Below, in pieces: positions 18,180 to 29,200 of a DNA stretch of 30,754 nt (its first letter is position 1; each line of letters opens with the position of its first letter). The position numbers and the translations under genes were made by a program. Source of the DNA: Candidatus Undinarchaeota archaeon (GTDB lineage Archaea; SpSt-1190; JASMDC01); NCBI GenBank assembly GCA_964519305.1, contig CAZFHY010000027.1, positions 1-30,754 of the forward strand. The letters run 5' to 3'. The notes under the pieces are model-generated. The model was not told the DNA's origin, made no database searches, and saw nothing but the letters and a program-made list of their open reading frames with translations.

Positions 18180-21100
18180 ATGGTATCATCGATGCGGACC
18201 GTATCAGCGCTCGTGCTCATGCTCATGCTTCTTGCCACTGCTGCCGGTCACAAGATCGACCGCATCGAAGAGATAGTGGACGTGAGCAAGACACCCATCA
18301 ACGACGTGACGGTCATCCTGCACGACATCGAGGAGACACTGTTCGAGAACATCAACAAACCCGAGGTCCTAGAGGCCGTGTGCTCCAATATCAAGCCGTC
18401 ATATACCAAGAAGTGCACGCCTGAAGTGGACAGAGACCGGCGGATCATCACGTTCCATCTTCGTACGGTCAAGAACCTCATCGATGTCTCGGCCGGCTAC
18501 TCACCGAACAGCCTGACGCCAAAGCTCAAGCTCTACTACGTGCCCCTCAACTTCCTTATCGTGGACGAGTACGAGGACGTGGGCACGCGCTCTTTACAGT
18601 TCCAGCTCCCCACCTTCGGGTTCACCCTCGAGGACGTCAAGTCAAAGAAGGACATCGCCATCGACTTCCCTGTCCAATGTCCCGACGGCACCATCGATTG
18701 CTGGCGGAGCGTGGACATCTCAACGGACAAGGACACATATGAGGTCGGGGACACGGTGTTCCTGAACGAGAAGGTGGACTTCGCACTCTGGACCATTTTC
18801 AACATGACCTGGGGCGCCACTCCGCTCTCTGAGATTTACAAGTGCTTCAACTGCACGAAGATGACCCTTCCCACCAGCTATGGTCCCTTCGAGTTCGACT
18901 GCCGGAGGTTCTCGAGCAACATCTGTCCCTCGGGCGAGATAATGGTCCATGCCATCTACAAGAAGGAGGGTGATGAGCACCTGTACAACGCCACCAGGAT
19001 GGTGACCTTCAAACCGGCCGAGTTCCTCGTCTACATATACGTGGGCAAGGGTGACGGATCGATCGCTGAATCCCTGTTCCTTGGAGAGACCATGATCGTC
19101 GGAGCACTGGCCCTGGAGCGCAAGGTGACGGGCTGCGTCATCAAGCTCATGCGTGGCAAACAGGTCCTCTTCCAGACCAAGAAACTTCCCGAGTGCTCCA
19201 TGGTACCCATCATGACCGATACATCGTGGCCAGAGGGTGAGTACGTGGTCGTGGCGGAGATCACGAACGACCTCGGGGCCACATCGGCGGCGACACAGAA
19301 GGTGTTCCTTGTGTCCCCCGGAACGGACATCCCCGTGCCTGTCTCCATGGAGAAGGCCGAGTATATCGTCGGCGACACCGTCGCTCTCTACATCAATACC
19401 CCTGGTGAGCGTTGTGTCGTCGAACTGGTCAACTACACGGGAATGGCGGTGGAGACCCTCTACGAGCGGGCTTTCCCCTGCGGGGCCATCAAGTTCGAGA
19501 TCCCGGAGAGCATCATCCCGGGTATCTACCAGCTCCGGGTGAAGGTGTACCGTGGCGAGGAGTACGGTGTGCACGTGGTCACCTTCAAGATCAATGAATG
19601 GATCCCGAAGAGCAAGCGAGGGACCGACCTGGACCGTCTCTGTCACGATGGGATGCTGGGGCTCCGTGACGTCGACATCCCCTGCATCGGTCCAGAGGTC
19701 CTATGTCAGCCGTCCACGGACGATTTCCCTGTGTGCTTATGCTTCCGCAAGGACGGGATGCTCACAGATGTGTGCGAGTTCAACGAGCGGTGTATGGAAT
19801 CGCACTGTAAGCGTGAGAGCACCGGGGTCCCATTTGTCGTGCTGGACGAGGGCGGCGACCGCTATGCCGTCACGGGACTGCAGAAGCTCCCCTTCGTCAC
19901 CCAGTATGAGCTGTGTCCCGCTCACTGCATCTGCTCAGACCTGGACGCATCGTTCTACCATGTATGCGGATCGGGTGAGATGTGCACAAGGGACGATTGT
20001 TACGTACCGCTGCTATCCTCACGCATGATATCGTTCTCCCCCGATAATGTGCGTCAGAACGATATCGCCCTCGGCGAAGGGAAACTGGAAGCGACGATCG
20101 AGGTACGGTACGAAGGCAAGACGCTGACCTCGGGCATTGACGAGCGCTCAGTGAACGTCATCATCAACGGACGTGAGATCGCTCCCGAGGAGATAGAGGT
20201 CAAACGTCGGGACTTCAACTGGCACGTTACCGTGAGCCTGCCCAAGGACATGGCCACACATCTAGATCCCGGTGAGAAATGGGTCTGGATCGGTGTCCGC
20301 TACAAGGGCGAGACCACGGGAGTCCGTAGCGGATTCACCGTATGGTACTCTGTCGAAAAGGCGGAGTACAACGTCAAGGTCCATTCCCTTGAGCCGAGCA
20401 GCATCGCCATTGACGAGGTGAAGCACGGCAGCTTCCTGAAGATGTACCTCGGAGTTACTGACGAGGAAGGAACCCCTGTTACAGAGCTCACTCGTGACGA
20501 CCTTATTATCACGCTCGACGGCCGCAAGGTCCAGGTATTCTCCATGCGCTACGTTCCGGGCCTTCGTCAGTGGGTGCTCACCGTGGTCATCCGGGGGCAG
20601 GTGAACGAGGGGAACCGCGTGCTCCATGTGGAGGTTAACCGACTGGGTAAAATGGGCAAGAGCGCCGACTTCCTCTCGGTCGTGGGCTCCCAGAAGGTGC
20701 GCGTCAACATAGACGATGTGACCCCTGGTTCCCGTTACCAACCGATCTTCCAGGTCATGGAACGCATCGGTTTCGATATGGACGTGATGGTCTCGGTGAA
20801 GGGTCGGGACATAATTCCCCAGAGCGTCATCACGATGGACATAGTCGATCCTGAGACCAATGCCAAGATCAAGGAGAACCTCTCCCCGCTCTACGTATCA
20901 AAGAGCCAGGAGGGGTACCGTCTGCACTTCGGCGGCACTACCGAGGAGTCACGCCTCCAGTTCTGCGGTGAGAGCGTGATTGGATGGAAGGACCTGGTAC
21001 TCACCTTCGCCGAGCAGGTGGATATGGAAACGGGCGCCTCGGCCACGCACACAGCGACAGGCAAGGTCCTGTTCGTACGCAATCCCGGTGAGTGGAAGTT

Positions 21101-21191
21101 CTTTGGCCAGTGCGAGGGGGGTGTCGAGGAGACGACCACCGCGCCAGGTCCCGAAGATAGCACACCTGAAGGTGGCGAAGAGGGCGGCTAG
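18180..21191 (+). CDS. Secreted multi-domain protein (~1000 aa) with MG2-like domains, two Cys-rich repeats and three C-terminal Ig-like repeats
   Basis: GAGGTG SD at 18168-18173 before ATG 18180, then a signal peptide. MG2-like starts ISTDKDTYEVGDTV and VSMEKAEYIVGDTV. VTDEEGTPVTELTRDDL motif. No C-terminal TM. Confidence 0.78.
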   Translation: MVSSMRTVSALVLMLMLLATAAGHKIDRIEEIVDVSKTPINDVTVILHDIEETLFENINKPEVLEAVCSNIKPSYTKKCTPEVDRDRRIITFHLRTVKNLIDVSAGYSPNSLTPKLKLYYVPLNFLIVDEYEDVGTRSLQFQLPTFGFTLEDVKSKKDIAIDFPVQCPDGTIDCWRSVDISTDKDTYEVGDTVFLNEKVDFALWTIFNMTWGATPLSEIYKCFNCTKMTLPTSYGPFEFDCRRFSSNICPSGEIMVHAIYKKEGDEHLYNATRMVTFKPAEFLVYIYVGKGDGSIAESLFLGETMIVGALALERKVTGCVIKLMRGKQVLFQTKKLPECSMVPIMTDTSWPEGEYVVVAEITNDLGATSAATQKVFLVSPGTDIPVPVSMEKAEYIVGDTVALYINTPGERCVVELVNYTGMAVETLYERAFPCGAIKFEIPESIIPGIYQLRVKVYRGEEYGVHVVTFKINEWIPKSKRGTDLDRLCHDGMLGLRDVDIPCIGPEVLCQPSTDDFPVCLCFRKDGMLTDVCEFNERCMESHCKRESTGVPFVVLDEGGDRYAVTGLQKLPFVTQYELCPAHCICSDLDASFYHVCGSGEMCTRDDCYVPLLSSRMISFSPDNVRQNDIALGEGKLEATIEVRYEGKTLTSGIDERSVNVIINGREIAPEEIEVKRRDFNWHVTVSLPKDMATHLDPGEKWVWIGVRYKGETTGVRSGFTVWYSVEKAEYNVKVHSLEPSSIAIDEVKHGSFLKMYLGVTDEEGTPVTELTRDDLIITLDGRKVQVFSMRYVPGLRQWVLTVVIRGQVNEGNRVLHVEVNRLGKMGKSADFLSVVGSQKVRVNIDDVTPGSRYQPIFQVMERIGFDMDVMVSVKGRDIIPQSVITMDIVDPETNAKIKENLSPLYVSKSQEGYRLHFGGTTEESRLQFCGESVIGWKDLVLTFAEQVDMETGASATHTATGKVLFVRNPGEWKFFGQCEGGVEETTTAPGPEDSTPEGGEEGG

Positions 21192-21195
21192 AAGC

Positions 21196-22269
21196 TCACG
21201 CGTTCTTCCCGATCCCTGAGAAGGGGAGCCCGCATTCGTCAAGTCGGTCCCGCGGGACGAGGTTCATCTCATTCCGCGTTGTCTTGCTGTTGATGATCCC
21301 CCAGTGGCCGGTCTCCCTATCGACGAGCACAGTGTAATCATGGAGCGCCGGAACGTCGCCATCGATGAGCCCCGTGGTCTGGGCCCAGAGGTAACGGTCC
21401 CCTTCGAGCTCGAGCGAGAGGAGTATATCGCGCATGAGCAGTCCTGCATGTCGACAGACACCGGTCATGGTGGCGTCAGGATTGTAGGCGTCTATCTCGT
21501 CGAGAGCGTCCAGTTCGCGCTGGAGCGCTTCCGGTGGGATGTCCTTGTCCTTGGCGATCGTGGCCAGGGCATCAGTGAGCACCTTGGTATCGTACTCCAT
21601 GGAGCCGTTCACGATGTAGCCAACGGTCTCGAGCAGTTCATTGACAGGTAGGCTCCCGGACGAATAGAGCCGGTCGAGCTCGCCATCTGAACTCTCGTTG
21701 AGGTGAAGGGAGCGTCCGTTCAGGGATAATCCGGACCATTCCTCCCTGACGTCCTTGAGAGCTTTGTATGATATGGTCTGACTGTCGTCGAATCCGTACT
21801 TGGCCGGATCAAGCACGAGACGGAGGTCCCTGGAGTGCGTGTAGCTCGCGAGCTCGCTGCACTCTTGGCCCCTTATCTCCACTTCGACCTTGTCCGGTCC
21901 GGGATGGTCGAACACGTACACCGTACCGTTCACAGGGCCCCCGTTCGGGTCGCAACCGATACCCTTGACCTCGCTGGACCGCAGGCCCTTGACCGAGACG
22001 ATCTCTTCGTACCCTTCCTTCTGACTGAGCTCTCTGGCGAACTCACCGCTATCGAGAGCATGGTACTCACCGGAGGTATTGAAGATGTACGACTGGGCCG
22101 GTGTGAGCGCCTTTCCAACGACATGGTATACACCGTCCTCGTCCTTGACGGGGGCAGGTTCGTTCCTTTCGGGCACCTCTAGGTTGTCGTAGGACAATCC
22201 CAGTGAGCCGAATCGAGCTTCTGCTTCAGCGAAACTAAAACGTTCGACATCGACGCCTGTCCCGTACAA
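21196..22269 (-). CDS. Hypothetical acidic protein with a C-terminal transglutaminase-like cysteine protease motif; start uncertain (TTG)
   Basis: GVCRHAGLLMRDIL ... HDYTVLVD ... WGIINS gives a plausible Cys-His-Asn triad spacing. Confidence 0.55.
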   Translation of the reverse strand: MYGTGVDVERFSFAEAEARFGSLGLSYDNLEVPERNEPAPVKDEDGVYHVVGKALTPAQSYIFNTSGEYHALDSGEFARELSQKEGYEEIVSVKGLRSSEVKGIGCDPNGGPVNGTVYVFDHPGPDKVEVEIRGQECSELASYTHSRDLRLVLDPAKYGFDDSQTISYKALKDVREEWSGLSLNGRSLHLNESSDGELDRLYSSGSLPVNELLETVGYIVNGSMEYDTKVLTDALATIAKDKDIPPEALQRELDALDEIDAYNPDATMTGVCRHAGLLMRDILLSLELEGDRYLWAQTTGLIDGDVPALHDYTVLVDRETGHWGIINSKTTRNEMNLVPRDRLDECGLPFSGIGKNA

Positions 22270-22296
22270 GACGGTGTTCGCCGAGGCCGGGTGTTC

Positions 22297-22995
22297 TTAT
22301 TCCTTTCCTTTGGACGGAGCAGCCTTGAGCGCTGCATGAAGGTCCTTGGCCTTACCATCGGAAAAGCACGCTGACGAGCACAGGTCAGCGAGCATGCACG
22401 CCTTGCAGGTGGGCCTGCGCGCCATGCATACGGCCCTGCCGTGCTGGATGATAAGGTGCGAGTACATGATCCACTCGTCCTGAGGGATGACCTTCATGAG
22501 GTCTTGCTCGACCTGCGTTGGAGAGCGGCCGGTGGAGAAGCCCAGGCGGCGGGAGAGACGGAACACGTGCGTATCCACGACGACACCCACAGCGATGCCG
22601 TAGCCAGTTCCGAGCACGACATTGGCAGTTTTACGAGCAACACCCGGGAGCTTGAGCAGCGCCTCCATTGTGTCGGGAACACGACCACCATGTTCCTCTG
22701 CAATGATGCTCGCCGATGCCCTCAGGTGGCGTGCTTTAGCGTGATAGAACCCGGTCGAACGGATAATACCTTCCAGCTCTTCCTGTTCCGAAGCTGCAAG
22801 AGCAGCAGGGGTCGGGAACCGCGCGAACAGCTCAGGAGTCACCATGTTCACGCGTTTGTCAGTGCACTGGGCCGAAAGAATGGTGGCGACCAGCAGCTGC
22901 CATGGGTCACGGTGGGTGAGAGCGCACGTGGCGTTCGGGTAGGCGCAGTGGAGGCGGGAAAGGATGCGGGGAGCACGTTTCACTACCGGCTCCAT
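22297..22995 (-). CDS. nth: Endonuclease III
   Basis: LVATILSAQCTDKRVN, HhH motif LPGVARKTANVV, VDTHVFR, and 4Fe-4S motif CMARRPTCKACMLADLC. Confidence 0.96.
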   Translation of the reverse strand: MEPVVKRAPRILSRLHCAYPNATCALTHRDPWQLLVATILSAQCTDKRVNMVTPELFARFPTPAALAASEQEELEGIIRSTGFYHAKARHLRASASIIAEEHGGRVPDTMEALLKLPGVARKTANVVLGTGYGIAVGVVVDTHVFRLSRRLGFSTGRSPTQVEQDLMKVIPQDEWIMYSHLIIQHGRAVCMARRPTCKACMLADLCSSACFSDGKAKDLHAALKAAPSKGKE

Positions 22996-23011
22996 GGCCT
23001 TTCCGACCTCC

Positions 23012-23026
23012 CGAAAACTATAAATA
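23012..23026. promoter_or_regulatory. TATA element readable on both strands (minus TATTTATA for nth; plus CGAAAAC-TATAAATA with a BRE-like flank)
   Basis: Lies 24-31 nt upstream of the nth ATG on the minus strand. A purine-rich BRE-like element precedes it on the plus strand. Confidence 0.55.
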
Positions 23027-23199
23027 CAAGGGCACCCGCCGTTCCTGAACGTGGACGGGCACGGGCGGTGCCACGTCTTGAAATGTAATACGGGCTCAGC
23101 GTCCGTTAAATCGCGTGAAAAGTAGTTTTCAGGCGAAAGTACCGAAATAAACCTCGAAACTTCTCTAACTGGCCTGAGCGGGGCACGCTCCGTGCTTTG

Positions 23200-23214
23200 G
23201 CAAAACTATTTAAA
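23200..23214 (+). promoter_or_regulatory. BRE + TATA box (GCAAAAC-TATTTAAA) for the second giant gene
   Basis: Canonical archaeal layout, followed by a GAGGGGG SD at 23263-23269 and TTG at 23279. Confidence 0.65.
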
Positions 23215-23278
23215 CTCCACAACCCATAGTATCAACTAGACAGAACTATATGTTGTAACTGCGAGGGGGTAAAAAGTC

Positions 23279-26200
23279 TTGTTTAAAAAGGACGGACGGA
23301 TGGAGATAGTGACCATCCTAGCAATCATCCTGTCCCTTTCCCTGGTATTGGCGGACGAAACGACGTCATCGGGAAAGGGCTGTCTTGAGGTGATGCGACC
23401 GCTCATGCAACAGCTTGGAGCGGGGACGATCGAGGTGGAAGCGCTCCAGACCGCAGTGTTCTCCAATCCCGATCTTCATTACGTGTACCTGGACTCCGAG
23501 GGTGATTTCGATCCCACGTTCAAGCAGGACATCTTCTTTGGCCTGAACCCCCAAGGCATCAGTCATCTCGACATATCCCTCGATAACATCGATCGGCTCT
23601 ATGCCCTTAAGATATGCAGTCTCGTGGACGCAGCCCAAGGGGACCCCGCTTGTGGCTGGCTGAACATCGATCCGGAGGATACGAGCGACGATAGTAAGCC
23701 CACGAACATATATGTCCCCTTCTGCTTCATGCAGGACGGGGCGGACGGGGGTCCGGACGAAGTAACCTTCTGGGAGCTCATGGAGGAGAACCGGTTCCCG
23801 TGCAAGAAATGGAAGACTGAGACGGAGAATGGTGAGGAGTACTCCGTATGCGCGGAACGGCTCGAGGCACCCGCAGGGCCGGGAGCCGCCGATCACGTAG
23901 CCGATGCACTTAGCTTCGACTTCTACGGTGGAGAGAAGGAAGGATTCAAGGAGCGCGCAGCCGTCATGGAGGCCGACGAGTTCCGTGAGGTAGTCTCAAC
24001 GCTCGCCACCCTATTTGCCTATGAATGGGCAGATATAAACAGGGAGAGCCTGAAAGGCACTCTCGGGCCCTGCGATAGCCAGACCGGCGATCTGCAGAAG
24101 GACTGCTACTTCAACCAGGCATGGGAGCTCTATAATGCAGTTTACGACACCTACACTACACATGTCATGCTCTTTGCAGGCTGGCCGTTGTCCCGGTGCG
24201 TCGATATCACCGTGGATGTGCTAAAGAACGAGGAGCGGTGCGACGAGTGCTTCGATCTGGCAATAGACTGCTACGAGAAGATCACGCTCAAGGCCGTCAC
24301 CCGGGACAAGATGTCCCAGAACGCGGCAGGGTTCACACAGGGGCTCGCCTCGGAGCTGACCTATGGTGTCACTGATATCGCCCGTATGACCGCGGACCTG
24401 CTCTCGGGCGGGAAGGAGGAGGCCGATATAGCCTCACGTGTGTTCTTCGGCACGGTGTGCATGCATCATTGCAAGATGACCAAGCAGCGCAATCCATTCG
24501 CAAGGGGCTCGTCAAAGTGGATGACGGACAGCGCTGATGACAAGGACGTCTCAGAGCTCATAACCGGTACGGCCATCTCCGAGTGGGGACGAGAGAACCA
24601 GGCCGAGATGGTGACCTTGGGAGTACCACTCATCCTTGGCCCCCGTTTCTTCAAGTGCAAGGAGGACGAGTACCGGTACGATTGCAGTCAATGGGAATTG
24701 GACGTTGACAAGCTCAAGGCATGTCCACGCAACCTCCTGCGGAACACCGCCGTTGAGACCAAGACCTATGACGCGGTCAAGAAACCGCGTATCTCCGACG
24801 GAGAGCTCAAGCTCCCCTGGCTCATCACGCTCAACTCCAAGGTGTTCGCGACCTGCCCTATCAATGAGGCGAAGCCGTCTGATGCCGCGGACGAGAAGGA
24901 ACAGGCCGTGTACGGTATAAAGGAACAGTACTGTGAGATATCCGGGCTCAAAGAGAACGAGTGTGCGTTCGATGGTAAGAAGGCCCTCGGCACTTCCGAA
25001 GGCGGAGGGTTCCTGAGCGGCGTCGTGGGATTCTTCACAGGCACCCTGTTGGACAGCTACGACGAGAGCGCGTTCAAGTCGCGCCGCCTCTGGCCTGCCC
25101 AGCTATCTCAACAAGAGGTCGAGAGCTATGCCTTCGGTGTAGTGTTGGATTGCACCCGGGAGGTCGACGAGCCACACGTCGTTACCTATATGGGTGCCCC
25201 CATCCTCAAGTCGGGCAGGAAGGCGGAGTTCGAGACGACGAAGGTGAACCGTGACGGAAAGGACGTTGAGATAATCCGCGCGCTGACCCTTGAGAACCTT
25301 CTTGGTAGCTTCACGGGAATCAACAACGATCTCAAGAGCCCGTACCGTGCTGAGCTCGAAGCGAAACCTGTGATCACGTTCATCGATACGTCGGCGATAG
25401 ATGGCGTTGAAGGATTCCTGCCCGTCATCGATCCCAACGTCAACCGGGCCAAGAATCCCGCGGACTTCCTCGTGGGCCAGGCCGCCGAGGCGACCATGTC
25501 TGACTCCAAGTACGTCTGGGCCTTCCAGCCCGAGCTTCTAATGAGCATTATCTACAACCCGCCCTCCAACGGTCTGCTCGGTAAGTGCCGGGAGAACGGC
25601 GGGAAGTGCTGTCATATCTATACAGGCGGATTCTCAGAGGAGGCCGGTCTCGGAAAGTTCCTCGGTCACGCGACCGGGTTCATAATCTCCATCGGATATG
25701 GCGGACCCCTCTCCAAGATCCACAAGGCCGCTACCGGTGCCGTTGGCGGTGCCGTGAAGAAGGGTGCGACAAAGGTGGCGGGGAGCGTCATCAACAAGGT
25801 GGCACCCAAGTGGGCCGTGAAGCACGCGGCCAATGTCGCTGCGAAGAAGGCCGCGAAGGAAGCTGCAGAACTGCTGTCCAAGGAACTTGTTGAAGCAGGT
25901 TCTAAACGGGTAGCGAAACAGCTGGTGAAGGAGGCCGCTCAAGAGGCAGCAGAGGCCGCCGCGAAGAAGGCTGCGAAGGCTGCAGGTCAACGTGCCTGGA
26001 AGATGGCCGCAAAAGCAGCGGCCAAGGAGGCCAGCGAGAGCGCCATCAAGGAGGCTGCTGAGCACGCGGCCAAGCGTCTTGGCAAGAAGATGATCTCCGG
26101 TGGTATGAAGTACATGAAGAACCAACGCGTCATCCACCGCGGTATCGTCGTCGCAAGTTCGATGATCGATCCCTCCGTGGGTGTCGACTGGACCCAGTCC

Positions 26201-29200
26201 TTCTTCAAGTACAGCGCTGAGCTTTACCGGTTCGGGAACACGCCCGACCTTTCCAAGCTCGCTGACGAGATCATGAACACACCTACGGACAACACCGCAG
26301 GAGTGTGCACCGATGGGAAGAAGAGCGAGGTCATTATCGAGAAGGAATGCAACTTCGCGTCCGGTGACCCGCGCTCGAAGCTGTGTACCGAGGACGCGAT
26401 CTCAGCCCAGATAGTCATGGACGCCTCGTTCGCGGCAGCATATCGCAAGGCCATCGTCGGTCCTGCGTCCTGTACGTCCGGCGATGACTGCGTCGACGTT
26501 GGCGGTGGGAGGAAGCGGCGTCTCATCTATGAGAACGGTAGCTGTGCGCCATTCGTCCACGCTAACAAGCGGGCCCACCTGGAGTACATCAAGGCCTACA
26601 TGGACGACCGTGTGACCTTCCTCAAGACGATCAAGACAACGATCACCGACCTCAAGGGAGCGCTGAACAAGCAGTGTCAGAGCTGCAACACCATGGTCAA
26701 TAGTATCAAGAATACCTATGGGGGCTGCCAGATCACAACATCCAACTACCGGATGGCCATCGGTAAGAAGACCCTGCACGAGGCCCTCCTCGAGAACCAC
26801 CCCGCAGCAGAGGTGGTGAAGAACAAGAAGCGATACTTCTCCATCGGCGACCTGATCAACAAGGGCGTTAACAGCGACGGTATCCGGGGACTGCTCGCCG
26901 ACGAGGTGGACTACCGGATGGCCGTTCAGCTGTGCACCCTGCCCGTATGCGAGCTCTACAAGCCTTCGCCCATCGGCGAGGCCTGGCTCTCAGACTCGTC
27001 CTTCAAGGGATGCCCGCTCTACAAGCAGGGGAGCGCGTGCTTCGCGACCTCAACAGAGATGGCATCCAGCTCGTCCGGTGTCGCGGTCGACCAGGAGTGG
27101 AAGGCCCTTCCCGACACCACCGTGGATAACATCTTCAACTCCAGGTCCGTGATGCCCCACACCCCCGCAGTAGAGAAGTGCATCCGGGACGTGCTCAAGG
27201 CCAAGAACGCCTGCACAGCGCTCGGTATGCGGATGTTCACCGTGACGGCAGACTCGGTCACCGACGAGGGTGTGCCCCAGTTCACCATCGGCGACCAGAA
27301 CCCTGCCACCGACGATCCCTGCGACGTGGGTGTCAAGCTCACGAAGATGATCGACTACCTCGACGGCTATATCCGCCACCAGATCGACTTCCAGATCAAG
27401 ATGGGCCATTATGTCGAGGGGCTCGAGTGCCTGGACAAGTCCAGCAGGCCAGAGGAGTACTCCTGCGACTGCCAGCCGCTGGACAATCCATCGGCCGCGT
27501 GGGCCCGCAAGGCCCAGTACTGTCTTGAGCTCAAGGACCTCCAGCAGCAGGTCGAGGAGACCATGCAGGAGAACACGTTCGCGGACGTGACATCCCAGGA
27601 CTTCGAGATCATGACCAAGCAGTTGGTCATGGCCATCATCGGCGACCTCGACAAGCGCTACTTCAAGATCGTCCAGGACACCTACCGTACCGAGGCGACC
27701 AAGGTGACCACCGACGAGGGATCGTTCGACACGTTCTACACGCTCAACGACGTTGCCAAGGACAAGACCTACCCGCAGAACATCAGCGCCCTCTGGGACA
27801 CTGCTTTCCGCTACAAGTTCAACCTCAAGAACAAGCTGCCCTACCGCATCACTCCGTGGCGTGAGGGTCGTGGCGGGGAGAAGTGCTTCTGCGAGGACAA
27901 GGACAACAAGGGCTGCTTCTTTGCAGGCCTGAAGGCCGGTGTCACCTGCGACGATATGCACGACAATGACGGTGACGAGGACACACCTTCCTTCTACGAT
28001 AAGAAGGGTAGTGGTGAGATCAGGGACGAGGACGCCGGATGCTATTCGTTCTACCCGTCAGATATCTGGGACGGCAAGGCATGGAAGCCGTTCTTCCAGA
28101 GCGAGATATCAGGGTACGGCATCAAGAAGGCCGATGGCAGCGCCATCACTCTGGACCCGAGCAACTGCATCTACACCTGTGAGTCCCAGAAGGTCGCTGG
28201 TGGCGAGCTCGAGGCTTGCGTGAAGTGTGACGAGCGCGGGTGTACTGGCGAGGACATGCCGTTCCTCACCGTCGAGGACCGTAACAACTTCAACGTCACG
28301 GCCTCCTTCCCCAAGGAGGTTCCGATGCTCTGCAGCTTCGGACTCAAGACAACCTCCAAGCAGGACCTGGCGGGAGCACCAAAGCTCATCGACGCGTATC
28401 GCAACCTTGCCGCCCTGTTCGACGATCTTGGCAGGCTCTTCCCCGAGCCTGTGTGCTTCGATTACCAGAACGAGGGTGGTGCGAGCGGAGGCCAGACGTC
28501 AGCGCAGACCTGCACGGAGGCATGCAACAAGTTCTCGATCCCGGAGAAGAAGCGCCAGCTCTTCTACGGATTCTGTAAGGCGGTCATCACAAAGGACGGT
28601 GTCACGGTCTCCGGTCAGTGCTATTGTGCTTCCGAGTCGGATCCCGAGGGCACAGCGGTCTCAGACGGGACCGGGAAGCCCATCGACTGCCAGCTCCCCA
28701 ACTCTGACGACTACTACAAGAAACTCTATCAATGCTGTGTGGAGCGCTACAACTGCGAGAACCTTCTCAACAAGCCCACGTCCTCGGGCGAAGGTTTCCT
28801 GTGCAAGTGCACGCCCAGCTATTACGAGATAGATCCCGCCGAGTGCGGTGTCGGATCCGGTGTATCCCTCATCGTCCAAGGGGCAGGTTTCGAGGTCGCT
28901 GGCGAGGAAGGCAAGCGTCGAGCGTTCCTTGGCGAGCCCATCCGCGGATACGTCAAGATCAAGAACGAGGGCACGTCGCCGTTCTCCGGTTCGGTGAACC
29001 TCGACCTCGTTGACGAGTACGGTTCATCGGTGAGCAAGGGCGCAGAGATATGTTCCGAGGAGCCTACGTGCGATGCCGGTGGCGAACTCTCACTGACAAA
29101 GTCCAGAATGGGCAAGTACTCCCAGATCAACATCGGTAACGGGCGCATCCTCAACATAACCGTGAAGGACGTATCGAGCTCATGCGAGGCATCGGTCGAG

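Noticed and set aside
25811-26101. Histone H1-like DNA-binding protein
   Set aside because: The AAKK repeats are an internal segment of a secreted giant ORF, are interleaved with Glu, and lack the Pro-rich PAKK pattern.
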